63,447 bases of DNA, filler included, from Lenisia limosa (GCA_001655205.1; 17 parts of 17 records of this genome joined end to end with filler, not necessarily neighbours in it), one strand, 5' to 3'; shown: positions 37,601 through 51,200, numbered from the whole stretch's first letter. The notes: generated by a model from the sequence alone, not told the origin. A program made the numbers and translations.

Positions 37601-39289
37601 TAAACCATCACGTCCATAAGTGAGAGACAGTAGCGGGTCTAGAAGGAGGAAGAGTGATGACTTGGGCAGTTTGGCCGGTCTGATGCAATCGAAGGGGCCA
37701 TTAAAGGAGGAGGGGGGGGGGNNNNNNNNNNNNNNNNNNNNNNNNNNNNNNNNNNNNNNNNNNNNNNNNNNNNNNNNNNNNNNNNNNNNNNNNNNNNNNN
37801 NNNNNNNNNNNNNNNNNNNNNNNNNNNNNNNNNNNNNNNNNNNNNNNNNNNNNNNNNNNNNNNNNNNNNNNNNNNNNNNNNNNNNNNNNNNNNNNNNNNN
37901 NNNNNNNNNNNNNNNNNNNNNNNNNNNNNNNNNNNNNNNNNTATTGTGCTGCTCTGTTGCTTTTCTTTTCCACTCATTTTTCAATCCTATGTTCTTTTTG
38001 GTGGTTTTTGTATCAGTGTGCAAAATCAGTGGTAGCCTTTTTGTATTCTTCTTTTATCTTTCATCATCCTTTCTTCTTTCACCTTCCATCATTCTTTCTT
38101 CATTCATGTTCCATCACCCTGGTCACAATTACCGGCATCAACACCTTCCGCTTTCTTCACAACAACAGACCCTGAATTCCGCCCTTGAAGACCTCCGTGA
38201 GGAGAAACGTCGAACTGTTTGCTGGAGTACTCCGTGTTTTCCAAGGGGATTTCTGTATTTTTGAGCAATCTATGTTTTCCCAGAGAATGATTTTTTTTTT
38301 AAGGAGGCCCTGCGACGAGATAATGACAGTATTAAAGCAGATTACGCCAATATGAAACACAGGTGGGGGGGGGCATTCACCATGCTGTTTTATGATTAAG
38401 TCATGTTTTATTGACTCTGCTTTCAATGATATACTGACTGCATTACTTTTCTCATTTTGTTCTCCTAACAGAAAAGACCAAGAAAATATCGATATTATCG
38501 AGAATTTTCTGAGAATTTTATTTATTTTGTTTTTGGACCTTACAGTAGATGACTCTTGTTTCTGTTTTAGTGTTTTTGTCATCTAGTTTTTGTCTTGCTA
38601 TAGCGTTGGTTGCTCGTGTTTGTTATTGTTATTTTGTTTTTGTTTGTTTGGAGTTTCAGATTATTCAGTTCGTGATTAGTACCTTTACTGCAGTATTCTT
38701 CATCGAACTTTCCTTTTTTGTTTCATAAATTTTCCAATTAACACCACCCCCCCAGGCTGGGCCGAAGAGATGATGAGATCCGAAGGCTTCGAAATGACTT
38801 AAGCGATTCGCGGGCTGAGGTGGGGGGGTGGCTTGCTTATTATTATGATTATTTTCTTTTCTTTTTCACAGCTTTAGATTAGGGAGCTTTCGTCGCACAG
38901 TCGCGGGTTTGTGGTTGAAAGAAAAGGAATTTATCCATGTGGACTCATAAAAAACATACATGGGCTACAAATCTATGGGTTATTTACAAATACAAATACA
39001 AACACTACATGGTTTTCTGAAGACTAGCCTATCACATTGCACATGTCTTCTGTAAACACTTACGTATATATGATATGTTTTGCAGCAAATAGGCAATTGA
39101 ATAAACACTCCAGAAAGCAGATACACTATTGGATAGATGATCAGCTCTAAACCATAGAGCTCACTTTTTAGCTGGGAGGCAGCGCGGACCCCCAGGGAGA
39201 AATCACCCGCTCCTAGCCGACCATCAGTAACGTCGGAAGCGGAAGAGCCGATTGAAGTTCCGACATTCCGAGCCGACACGAAACCGATG
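34693..39289 (+). CDS. Long coiled-coil protein (about 16 short exons), partial
   Basis: Heptad-rich exons such as MSEIKSFYESQAAELKSNLADAQKEMEKSQAQ, VTELKGQLNRANKDLELSKAD, ADKERRQLDDAIAQLSERERDVRKLESSLRS and LGRRDDEIRRLRNDLSDSRAE, all GT-AG bounded. Confidence 0.8.
36537..36640. mobile_element. MITE family A copy (another at 37257-37341)
   Basis: GGGCTTCACTTCGGTTCGAAAAAGACCGG...TTCGAACCGAAGTGAAGTGAAGTCC-TA. Confidence 0.85.
38560..38755 (+). repeat. Composite repeat D+C ending at a 3' splice site
   Basis: Module D followed directly by GTTTCATAAATTTTCCAATTAACACCACCCCCCCAG|GCTGGG (coiled-coil exon). Confidence 0.8.
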
Positions 39290-39605
39290 GTGAGTGCGGT
39301 GCGGTGATAAAGGGATGACTAGAGGGAAGCAAAACCTCAGCCATATTGTAGTTTTTAGATTGGCTGGTTGGGGAAGTAAAAATATATAATTTATGAAAAT
39401 CAAAAAATCTAAAATTTATCAATGCCTAACAGCAATACCTAGCAGTATTATTATAACGATACTCTCTTGTTTTATTTCACAGCATCATTACCCCCCTGAT
39501 TAGNNNNNNNNNNNNNNNNNNNNNNNNNNNNNNNNNNNNNNNNNNNNTTAATTAATTAANNNNNNNNNNNNNNNNNNNNNNNNNNNNNNNNNNNNNNNNN
39601 NNNTT

Positions 39606-41359
39606 GCTCGTCCCGAGCCGACTGATGAAGAAGACCTTGATCTCCTTGAGATCAACCGGATCATGACTGGCGACTCTGACCAAGATAGTCTCTCGTCCGA
39701 ATCCTCTCCCCTCAGTAGGAGGCGCTCCAATTTGTTTAAATTTCTTCGTAGCTAATGTGTCCCTTTCTCCTACATTTTGGCTACCTCTCACCAAACAGTT
39801 CCACCCCGCAACCCTTCGCCCATCCCTCTGCTGCTCTCCCCCTCGGACTTCTGCATACTCGCACACGTACGTTTGATATTTGAAGGGTAACAGACAGGGC
39901 TTCACTTCGGATCAAAAAAGGACTGAATTTCTCGATATTTTTTTTCTTTTTCCTAAGTGAAGCCCAAGTAACATATTTGTTCTCTTTTGGTGTAAATAGC
40001 CATCTCCAGAGTTGTAGTTTATTCCCCACAGGTTATCAACACAGACGGCTCAGAGACCACAGAACCGGTTGAGTTCACGCCATCTGACTTGGCCACCCCT
40101 TGTCACTCAGTTATTGGCACGATTTCACCGTCGGTACCATACAAGTAGGAATGGACGCTGTATCAAATTTCGCCTTCCTTCTCTTGTACTAAGCTTGTTT
40201 CCAGCCTTACCAGTGCTCTGAAGTGATGATATTTCGGGTAAACCAACGAAAATGATCAAATTTAATATTTGCCTTATTTGCTAAGGAATTTTTTTCTTAT
40301 TCAGTTCGCGAGCTGGCTGAAAATTTCTTCGTTTAATAAAAGTCAATTTTAAAGTTANNNNNNNNNNNNNNNNNNNNNNNNNNNNNNNNNNNNNNNNNNN
40401 NNNNNNNNNNNNNNNNNNNNNNNNNNNNNNNNNNNNNNNNNNNNNNNNNNNNNNNNNNNNNNNNNNNNNAGGCATTTTGAAGAGCAAGGGTGTGGCCCCT
40501 GCTGGCTCTGCGTCTTTTGCGGTCCGATATGAGCCCAACAGTAGATCGTCCAGTGACCTCTCTCACATCCCTTGTATGTACCTTTCTTTTTGATCCTGTC
40601 CTTGTTTCAGAGGTTCCCCCCCCCCCCCNNNNNNNNNNNNNNNNNNNNNNNNNNNNNNNNNNNNNNNNNNNNNNNNNNNNNNNNNNNNNNNNNNNNNNNN
40701 NNNNNNNNNNNNNNNNNNNNNNNNNNNNNNNNNNNNNNNNNNNNNNNNNNNNNNNNNNNNNNNNNNNNNNNNNNNNAGGACAGGAAGACATTGTTCCCCC
40801 ACGATTCTCGTGAGCTTTACCTGAGTTTTATTTCCGCTCCCTGGCTTTACTTCAAACCGCGATGACTGACTATCCAGGTCTCCTCTTCCGACCCTGCCTC
40901 CCCGTGAGATGAGCCCCCCTCGTTCCTGCTCACCCGCATTGGTGCCTCCGCGGTCATGCTCTCCTGGTTGCAACTTCATGCCCCTCAAAGTATGATTCTC
41001 TATCTCTTTTCAAAATCCCGCGAACCTTACTGTGTTATCTTGTTACAAACCAGGTTCATTTCCCGTTCATTGACCCACTGCGACCTGATACCCCAACTGG
41101 AAGCACCCCTATTCCTGAGGTTTGTCCTTTTTGGCATCATGAAATATTGGAAAAGCCCTCCAGGCAGCCTTTCACATTTCAGATTGACCCAGCCACTCTC
41201 CCGGTTCTCCCTGTTCCCCGCTTCGGGTGCTCGAAAAAAAAGGTTCGGAATATGTGTGCTTGTCACGATTCATTTGGCTACAGGCCCTATTGGCCCTCTT
41301 TCCCGTTGGTTTCACCACTTCAGCCTAACCAAGAAGACCCCCACCACAACCTTGCCTAG
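39606..41359 (+). CDS. 3' part of a Pro/Ser-rich gene, unknown function
   Basis: Exons PEPTDEEDLDLLEINRIMTGDSDQDSLSSESSPL, VINTDGSETTEPVEFTP..., VHFPFIDPLRPDTPTGSTPIPE, IDPATLPVLPVPRFGCSKKK. Confidence 0.5.
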
Positions 41360-42623
41360 TCCCATCCCCCATCCAAACTGTAGCACACTTGGTATTATAT
41401 ATAAGTCTGATTTCATTGCTATGCTGGAGGCGAGGCCTGGAGACTGTAAATAAGTAAGAACAAGGACTCAGCCAGCTAGTAGTGGAATAGTAGAGGATTT
41501 GAGGGAACTCTCTTCCGGTTCGCGGACCCCTTCCGACATAACCGTCGACCATTCTAATGATAACTTGCCGGTATAGTTAGTTAATTTATTCCATTACTTT
41601 TGTTTAGGCTCACTTTATGAAGGTTGGTTCTTTGAATTAATATCAATGGGAGGGCTAGGAAAGTTCCGCCCAGGAATCTTCCGCCCCCGCCCCCCCAGGA
41701 ATCTTTCCGCCAGGATTCTTCCGCAATGCTGTCTCTACCGTCTTCCTTCTTCTCTTTAGTTCATTTTTTGTGTAATCCTCTTTTGAGATAGATTGAAACC
41801 CCCATATTCCTTCCACCCAGGAATCTTTCGCCTCCTCCACATGAATCTTCCGCCGTCTTCCTTCTTCTCCATTCCTCCTACCCTTTCTTCCTTGAATCTT
41901 CTTCGCCTATGGATATGTCTTACGGTAGCAATGGAGAGGTATCTAATGCGGAGGGAGAAGATGGTGGTAGAAGCAGAGATCACGGGCTATTGGTAAAAAA
42001 AAAACGTCAGAATAGTGGACCCCGGGAGGGTAGGGGGAAGGAAGAACTGGTGTCNNNNNNNNNNNNNNNNNNNNNNNNNNNNNNNNNNNNNNNNNNNNNN
42101 NNNNNNNNNNNNNNNNNNNNNNNNNNNNNNNNNNNNNNNNNNNNNNNNNNNNNNNNNNNNNNNNNNNNNNNNNNNNNNNNNNNNNNNNNNNNNNNNNNNN
42201 NNNNNNNNNNTACATCGACATTTACTTTTGACGTTGAACTAAATAATTACTAAATTACTATTCTGATAATGTCAAATAACTATTGAAGTAATAATTATCT
42301 CTGCAAAAGCTGAGAATGAAGAAGTTTGGAAAAATTTCGATTCGATGAAGCCGGACCAGTATCCCCCATATTTATATACTCTACAACCTCCCTTGGTTCT
42401 CCACGATTCTCAATGATTCTTCGTGTGAAGGAAACAAAACACACACAGATTATTAAAGAGGAAGAAAGATTGAGGAAAGAAGAAAACACACAAGGTTCAC
42501 TTTCACTGTATTTACTGGATGACGATCTTCCTGCTCTTCCCATCGCTGAGATAATTCAATTGAATGGGTCCCTCCGTCATTGAAGGGGAAAAAAAGTTGA
42601 AATAATACCACCTCCTTGGCGCA

Positions 42624-45600
42624 ATGACCTCAATTGCTTCGACATCACTGATTTCTGACTCGAAGAAGAGTAGACCCATATCAGGGTCTGTGTGGCTGCT
42701 GCTGGGGGGGGGGGGTATGAAGATGGATTGGGCAACAAGATAGTTTTTAAAAGCGAGCTGGCATAAGATATCAGCAAATCATTCCCTTCACCTTTTCTAG
42801 TGGCTACGATGCCCAGGATTTCAGCGGTACAATCAATGGCGAAGATGAATTCACTGACTTGTCCTACCGAGCTTCATTTTTCCGGAAATCTCTCATTGAA
42901 GAGTTCAGGTTTGATTTCCTCGTGCCCCTTTAGTTTGGCTTGCATGAGCGAATTGGGATATAACATCAAACTCCTTTCAGAATTTACCCATTCGCCTTCT
43001 TATTCTTATTTGCCCAGATTGGTTGATACCGGAAGTTTTGAAGGAGCAAACATAACGGATGCACCTGTACTGTCAACTCACGACATTGAAATGGGTTTGC
43101 CTTNNNNNNNNNNNNNNNNNNNNNNNNNNNNNNNNNNNNNNNNNNNNNNNNNNNNNNNNNNNNNNNNNNNNNNNNNNNNNNNNNNNNNNNNNNNNNNNNN
43201 NNNNNNNNNNNNNNNNNNNNNNNNNCCTCAACAGCTGATCAAGTTCAAGATCTTTCAGCGAACACTTGATGAAGCAGGGCAACACGGCGATAAACGTCTG
43301 GCTCGAATCAAAAATGTCAACACCCTTCCAATTGGAGTGTGGGCTTCTTGGACTGTTTATCGTATGAGTGGATGGATTCTGGCTCTTTTTGTGAACATAA
43401 TGATTACCATGCCTCACCAATCAGACCCCATATTCCAAAGCCTGATTATGCTGTTTATATTTCTTAACGCTGTTGCTCTGGGCGTTATGGCAGAACTGCC
43501 ACAGTCGGACTACCCCACGGTTAGTCTTTTCTCATTTCACTGAACTATTTTTGATTTTTTTTTACCCCGTCCAAATTACAATACAGCTTTTCGATGCAAT
43601 TGACTTTATGTTCATGTTCTCACTGGCCATCTTTTGCCTTGAAATCGCCCTCAAATGGGCTGACAAGTTGGTGGCGAATGGGTGCAAGTAGTGATTCTGA
43701 TATATTTTTGATTGCGATGTCACTGATACAATTCTCTCTTATTTATTTTTTGAGATTTTTGGAGTTCTGGAGTGATGGATGGAATGTTTTTGATTTTGCC
43801 GTAACAGCAATGGTAGGAGGGGTAGCATACCCAAAGTATCACAAAAAATCCAACATTCTTATTTTTGGGTTGTGGTTTTGGAGTCACTATTATAGTCTGC
43901 GGTACCTGAGCTGATTATTCTCTTCCAACTACTGACAACTGACAACTCACAAACTGGTGGGTCTTGCAGAAAATCTGAACCAATGTACTATTTAATTTCT
44001 CACACTCAGGACAAGAAAGCCAGATGGATGTAGTAGCTCGTCAGCTTCGTATTTTCAGAACATTTCGAACTCTGAAGATGGTTGCGCGATTCAGGTCCTT
44101 GCGCATCATTGTCCTTACGATATTGAAAGCTTTTGAATTTCTTGGTACAATACTTCTCCTCCTGGGAATCGTCTTCTACATCTACGCTGTGGTAGCTGTC
44201 AACATCTTTGCTGAATATTCTGCTGGCAACCACACATATTCAGATAAATGGGAGTTTGAGGGGAGAGTATTTTGTTCTTAGGGTGGTCTTCAAGATTCAC
44301 TTTGCTGGTATTGACTCTTTAGAAATCTCACCAGTTCTTTTGTCACACTCTTCCAACTCCTGACCTTTGACCAGTGGTATTTCATCCACCGCGACACTGT
44401 CGCTTACGTAACTGTATGGGAATATTGATACTAATAATTGATTTTATAATGAAAGCCCCTCAATGAATAATTGCATTTTAACCATTTAGCCTTGGATGAC
44501 CACGTTATACTATGGCTCGTGGATTTTTGTCGGAGGTTTTGTATTCCGAAATGTCTTCGTCGGTGTTATGGGTTAGTGGGAGGAATGAGCTATAAACGAA
44601 AGGAACATCTTGTACCCCCTGTAATACAGAAGGTTATATATATTATATACTATATATATATACATGTAAATGCATATATACGTGTACTTTTGGCTGTTTA
44701 CTCTTTAGCATTTTAACAAAATGCAAAATTGGTCTTATTTTCAAGCGATATGATATGTGTTATAATACCTCGTTTTGTATTACTGTTATAGTTAAAAATT
44801 TTGCTGTCATCAAGGACGAGCTCGTCAAGAAACAAGCAGAGCAAGAAAAGAGGTGAGAGTTTCGTGACTCAGGGTAAATATGTTTTCTTATTCTGGTCTC
44901 CCCGCATTCTCACATAATAGAACCAACCTGGAACGAATGCGAAAGCGACTGGACAAGCAGCTTAATCGGCCCGCCAAGTGAGCACAGTGGATGGTCTCCT
45001 CTAAAGAGATAGCCTTTTTTATTGGGTATGATCTTTTAGGGGTGAGCAACCCGCCAACAGTCAAATGTCTATGATTGGGAGTGTTGCAAGTTTACAGGTG
45101 CGTTGGTTCAAGTGATTTTACACTATACCCGGTTTCAAGCTAATTTTTCAGAGCTTTACAAGCCAATCAAAGCCTAAATCAAAATCAGGCTCTACAAGGA
45201 CAGCAACAACAATGTATGCAAGGGCACTGTCAATTAATCCTGGCATCATTTTCACACACCAGGAAGTCCAAACGAGATCCAGTATTTAGAAGCATCCAAA
45301 AGGTCCAGACTCACCTTAATTCCACTCAGGTATCAAGCTCACTCCTTTTTTTTTTTTTGTTACATGTTTTGTTGACCGCCAAGGTTGGACCACCTTTGGT
45401 TCTGTCACGAGCAGCAGTGGAGCGTGTTGAGACCGCCTGGCCACGTGACACTCTTTTCAGATATTTTCAGGTTTGTGGACAATTTCTGAAACATTTCGGA
45501 CAATGCTCCAGAGAAACAAAAGATTTCATTTGGATCACATCTTTTAGTCGATTGAAGCGCTGCAAGAAAACATGCGTGAGTATAGGGAGCTTCAGGTTCT

Positions 45601-45637
45601 TGCTGCTGCAGCTCTCCACGAGTTCCATGATACTTGA
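42624..45637 (+). CDS. CATSPER2: CatSper2-like single-domain (6TM) voltage-gated Ca2+ channel subunit, near complete
   Basis: N-terminal RASFFRKSLIEEF, QQLIKFKI and LPIGVWASW; S1 FQSLIMLFIFLNAVAL; S3 FWSDGWNVFDFAVT; S4 RQLRIFRTFRTLKMVARFRSLR; pore SFVTLFQLLTFDQWY; S6 WIFVGGFVFRNVFVGVM. The C-terminus WPRDTLFRYFQ/SIEALQENMREYRELQVLAAAALHEFHDT* matches the CatSper2 tail (WPRDSLFRYF...). Confidence 0.88.
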
Positions 45638-46153
45638 AGAGTTATTTTTTTAATAAAAAAATCATTATCATGGCGACACCAGCCATTTGAAATGTACCGA
45701 TTTGGTATTAATGTATTTTCTTTATCAATATGTATTTTTTTTTTCTTGATAAAGCTTGGACATTTGTACTGTTACCAACTGTATACCAATATATGGATGT
45801 ATGGACACCATGGACACACAATCAACGCATACGGCACACGGCCACATTGCCCCCCAAGGCGGTTGCCCCCCCCAGCCAGATTTTTTTTTTCTTTTCTTTT
45901 TTTAGGTAAGAGCTTTATAAGAGCTGAGATAGTTGGATAGTTGTTCTTACACGATCTTAAAAGTTGTGGTTGAACNNNNNNNNNNNNNNNNNNNNNNNNN
46001 NNNNNNNNNNNNNNNNNNNNNNNNNNNNNNNNNNNNNNNNNNNNNNNNNNNNNNNNNNNNNNNNNNNNNNNNNNNNNNNNNNNNNNNNNNNNNNNNNNNN
46101 NNNNNNNNNNNNNNNNNNNNNNNNNNNNNNNNNNNNNNNNNNNNNNNNNNNNN

Positions 46154-46755
46154 ACCCTCACCAGCAATAGATGACAAGGAGGTTGGAATGCTGCTCTCGC
46201 CATCTTTGCTTCATGGATACTGTTTTTAGGCTTGCAACATTTTTTTTACCGCATAAATTGAACCGTTGTGTGAATGCTCAACAGAAATCTTTGTTGGAAG
46301 AGTTGTTTTTACCTTTATCTCTAGTTCACAACCTTTACTGACGATGTTACTGATTTGGCCCAATGGCAAACGCGGGTTGGTTCAGCGCGAGTGGTTGAGA
46401 AATCCCAGCTGGTATGTGGAGCTGACTGGCGTGTGGGTCACACCCTGCATAAATACGAAATCGGAAAGGGTATATGAGTGGTATGGCCTGTTTGTTTTTG
46501 CCCTACCTTTTTTCTTCCTCTTTAACTTCATATCATGATTCNNNNNNNNNNNNNNNNNNNNNNNNNNNNNNNNNNNNNNNNNNNNNNNNNNNNNNNNNNN
46601 NNNNNNNNNNNNNNNNNNNNNNNNNNNNNNAAACTCATTTTTGTGGAGTTATTATACCACCTCAGGCGATAAAGCTCCTCCAGTCTCTAAGATGGGCTCC
46701 TACAGACCCAATGGAAACGGATGATGATGCGTATAGTATTCCAAGACCAAGCAGG
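46154..46755 (+). CDS. Putative gene fragment, unknown
   Basis: Candidate exons FTTFTDDVTDLAQWQTRVGSARVVEKSQL (~46325-46411) and AIKLLQSLRWAPTDPMETDDDAYSIPRPS (~46667-46755) with GT-AG borders. Confidence 0.35.
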
Positions 46756-47149
46756 TGATTAACTTTGATTTTTTGTTGATTCACTGTACTCTTTTGTTTT
46801 GTTGTTTTTTTTTTTTTNNNNNNNNNNNNNNNNNNNNNNNNNNNNNNNNNNNNNNNNNNNNTTAATTAATTAANNNNNNNNNNNNNNNNNNNNNNNNNNN
46901 NNNNNNNNNNNNNNNNNAAGGAAATGAGGGAAGCCCCGCCTTTGCTCTCCTACCCTCTCTCTGTGTCATCCTTGTGGCTCTTCTCTTCTAATACTGTTCT
47001 GGATCTATTTGCTCAGTTTGTCTCTGATAATATATTATTACTACTATTATACTCAATCCAAGTGGACTTGGCCAGAGACATCTCTCTTTATTACATAATA
47101 TTAATACATTGTATACTAGAGAGAACCACCTATGTCAGATAGTTATTTC

Positions 47150-48048
47150 GCAGCAAGCTAGTCCAAGGCTGCAATCACACTCCCACCCGCACTGACGTAG
47201 TCGTACAGGCCGGGAAGACTGTCAACACCGTGGAGCTGAGACGCGGAAGGTGAGTAAGCAGGAACTTAAACGATAAAGGCTCCTGAAAGAGACAATTCAT
47301 TGAAAATATTCAACGAAGGCAGCTTCACCCCCCCCCCCNNNNNNNNNNNNNNNNNNNNNNNNNNNNNNNNNNNNNNNNNNNNNNNNNNNNNNNNNNNNNN
47401 NNNNNNNNNNNNNNNNNNNNNNNNNNNNNNNNNNNNNNNNNNNNNNNNNNNNNNNNNNNNNNNNNNNNNNNNNNNNNNNNNNNNNNNNNNNNNNNNNNNN
47501 NNNNNNNNNNNNCAGTCTATTGAGTCAAGGAGGTACACGATATAATATACATATGTATATATATTATATGATACAGAAGCTCAGTAGAGAGGACGACAAA
47601 CCTCCGTAGAAGAGAAAAGTGTGGTGTGAGAAGGCTCGCTTAGATGTTCGTGTGGTCCCTGCAGCACACCCTTCGTTCACATCGGCGGTTATATNNNNNN
47701 NNNNNNNNNNNNNNNNNNNNNNNNNNNNNNNNNNNNNNNNNNNNNNNNNNNNNNNNNNNNNNNNNNNNNNNNNNNNNNNNNNNNNNNNNNNNNNNNNNNN
47801 NNNNNNNNNNNNNNNNNNNNNNNNNNNNNNNNNNNNNNNNNNNNNNNNNNNNNNNNNNNNNNNNNNNNNNNNNNNNNNNNNNNNNNNNNNNNNNNNNNNN
47901 NNNNNNNNNNNNNNNNNNNNNNNNNNNNNNNNNNNNNNNNNNNNNNNNNNNNNNNNNNNNNNNNNNNNNNNNNNNNNNNNNNNNNNNNNNNNNNNNNNNN
48001 NNNNNGGGTAGTCCCGCCAACTCCAAGGAAAACAGTCCCGTCATCTGA
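47150..48048 (+). CDS. Putative 3' gene fragment, unknown
   Basis: Exon KLVQGCNHTPTRTDVVVQAGKTVNTVELRRG with a GTGAGT donor; terminal GSPANSKENSPVI*. Mostly gapped. Confidence 0.3.
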
Positions 48049-48273
48049 GGTGAATAAAACGGACATAATTCCCTGTAAAAAGCGTACACCAAAAACCCAA
48101 TTAAGAGGCCTGAGAGCCTCTCACTTTTGAAATAAGTTTATCGATATCAAAAGCTGATAAAAGCCCCCCCCCCCCCNNNNNNNNNNNNNNNNNNNNNNNN
48201 NNNNNNNNNNNNNNNNNNNNNNNNNNNNNNNNNNNNNNNNNNNNNNNNNNNNNNNNNNNNNNNNNNNNNNNNN

Positions 48274-51200
48274 AACATTGCCTTGCATTCCACCAGGTTC
48301 GGTTACCTGAGGTTGAAAACAAACTTGACAAAATTATTTGGAAACAGAAGTATCTAGCCACATCCATCTACCTCATCATATAGTATATTATATCTATATG
48401 ATCTAATACACACAAAAAAACAATTAATCAAAAGGAAATTGGTGCGGAGAGAGGTGTGGTGGGGCGGGGGGAGTAAAATTGGAAAATGTCTGAAATAAAA
48501 AAAATAAATGTAATACAAGAGGGTAACGTATCTGGGTGAAGGGTGAAGCTGAGTCCTTATCGCCAACCTTAACCCAAGCAGCCGTTGTTGCTGTGACTGC
48601 AGAAATACCGTACTGAAGAAACGTGTTATCATTTACAAATGACGAGCGGGCAAACACTTCTCCAAGGTCTGGACATCGTAAGAAGTACGTCAACTGATCA
48701 TGTGCAAGAGCGAGAGGTAAAGTTTGGGCTGAGATATATGATATAAACTTGCATTATCTATCCAATATATGGAAAACATTGGGAAGAATGGTGCTGCTAT
48801 TATTTACATTTAGATGTCATATTATTTTGTTCAGAATTAAATCTGAATGTAGCAAAAGAAGAATAGTGAAGTGGGTAGGTCTCGTTTATAAACGTGACAG
48901 CGCGGCAGATTATTTCTCATTTAAACCTACTATATTATATGAATAATAATAATAATAAAAATATATACTATATATGCATATATATATATGATATGCGCTT
49001 ACCAGTTATCAGAATAGCACCAGTATGGAATGCACGGTACTTAACAACTGTTCCAGTCTGAAAAAGTAAGTATCTGTACAAAAAGCAGGTTTGTATCAAT
49101 AGTATGCGGACAAAAGACAGTGCCCCCTCACTGCTGCAAACAAAACTCACATAGCACCCCCCTCCCCACTGCTCCTGACGGAAGGCCAACATCCAGGACA
49201 GTTTTGGCCAAACTTGTTGCTATTGTGTTTTTGAAGGGGTTTTGGGCAGAGTAGCCACCGCCAATAAAGGTGCCGTCAGCTGGATGGAATAAAATAAATC
49301 ACCTCCACATATTTGCCCAGACCTCCACCCCCAACATCTTTTGATTACGGTGGCGTATGCGCCGACAAAGAGCTCCGCCGCCGTCAAACCGCTGCTGATC
49401 ATCGACACCTGTGACATGTTATTCGATGGGAGCTGCAACGGGGGTTTTAAAGAGGAAAATATACTCTATTGGAACATTAATCAGACCGGTTGATACGTTT
49501 GATAGAAGTGTAAGATGAAAATGAGGGCACACCTTGGTGGGGGTGCTGAAATCCGAGGTAGTTGACTGGAGAGTCTGGTACAGTGAACTGGAGCCCCACG
49601 TGTACACTTCACCCTCCACTGTTTGGTCAATGCTGTGTGTTACTCGTATTAACTTTATCAGATTGTGAAGCAATCTGCATCAAAATATTTAGATTAAGAA
49701 CTCACCAAGAAGGCCGTAAAAGAATACACCACTTTGAAACGATGTGATAGTTCGCCCAACGAAAGCACTGTAGGCGAATGGAGACACCTAAAAAACGATC
49801 AAACAAGCAAAGTATGCAAAAGAATTAGATCGTCACGAGACACTACCAAGAGCCATTGAGGTGCATCAAGAAACATCCCGTTGTGGGTCTGATGTGCAGT
49901 CGTTGACATAACTCAGGCAGACCCCACCCACTTGCGTTGATGAAGCACCCGCGATTTCTTGGTGAGCCACAGTACCGGTGCATTTGATGAGGCCAGCTGA
50001 ATGGTGACGCTTCCACACAGTCCAAAAGAACCATAAAAATGTCTATGTTTTGAGACAATTCACTTTTTGGGACCACATGAAAGTTAGTTAGGGTCACCAG
50101 GCGCATATTATCCCGTTTCAATAAAGTAAACAATATATGAAAGACGCATTTTCAAAGAAAAAAATAATCTTCAACAACCCTTCCCAATGTTTTAAATGTA
50201 TTATCTTACTACCAAAAAAACCCCACTGTCATCAACGGCACAAAGGGACTCGCTGGCAGCTTCAGCAAAAACCTGGTTGTCACCCCACATTTCAGACAAG
50301 TCATTGAACTGCCCGTCCATTTTCGGGCTAGTTGTCCCCTGAAATATCAAAGCAGGTAGATGACGAAATGAAATAAAACTTCCTAATAAACGGAAATCAG
50401 AAGAAGTGAAAATGAAGAAGAGACAATAGCAATTGATCCATGCATACATCTCCAAGTGCATAGTTAGTTGAAGTACCACAGGTGAGAAGCTTCGTCCCTA
50501 ACTCGTCACATTTGAAACAAAATATCATGTCATATGCAAATACTACGCTTGAAATTAAACAAACCAATGCAGTTCTGGAAAATAATTAGGGATGACCCTT
50601 TTTGAACGCCTCAAACAAAAACAACCTGTCCCCTTCGGCCCGGGAAATAATAACCCTCCAGTAATTTGCTTTCATTTGTTTTCCAACACCTTTTCTCTAT
50701 AAAGGTGTACTTCCCCCTTTCTCTAAGTATAGTGTTTCTGCGTATTCTACTAAATATCAAAAGAGAAGACCCGAAATGATCATTGTATCAAGACAGCACA
50801 TTATACATTCGCATCAGGTTGTTATTGCTCAAACAAAACGCGTACCACATGAAAAGTCTGTAACCCATCCGGCGTTAGAGCAGGTGGCAATGGGGGTTCC
50901 TTTAGGCACGGCAGAGCCATCGACACAGCTCAGGGCGCACTTTTCGTTGTACGCTGAAGGTCCGCCTTATTGCGAATAAGACCAAGACAAGAGAGTATAA
51001 ATTTCACTGTCACCCCCCCCCCCCCNNNNNNNNNNNNNNNNNNNNNNNNNNNNNNNNNNNNNNNNNNNNNNNNNNNNNNNNNNNNNNNNNNNNNNNNNNN
51101 NNNNNNNNNNNNNNNNNNNNGGGCACAGCTTACTACAAAGAGTAATGGCTGCGAATACAACATATTGCAGAATCATACATAATAATACACTTGTCATCAG

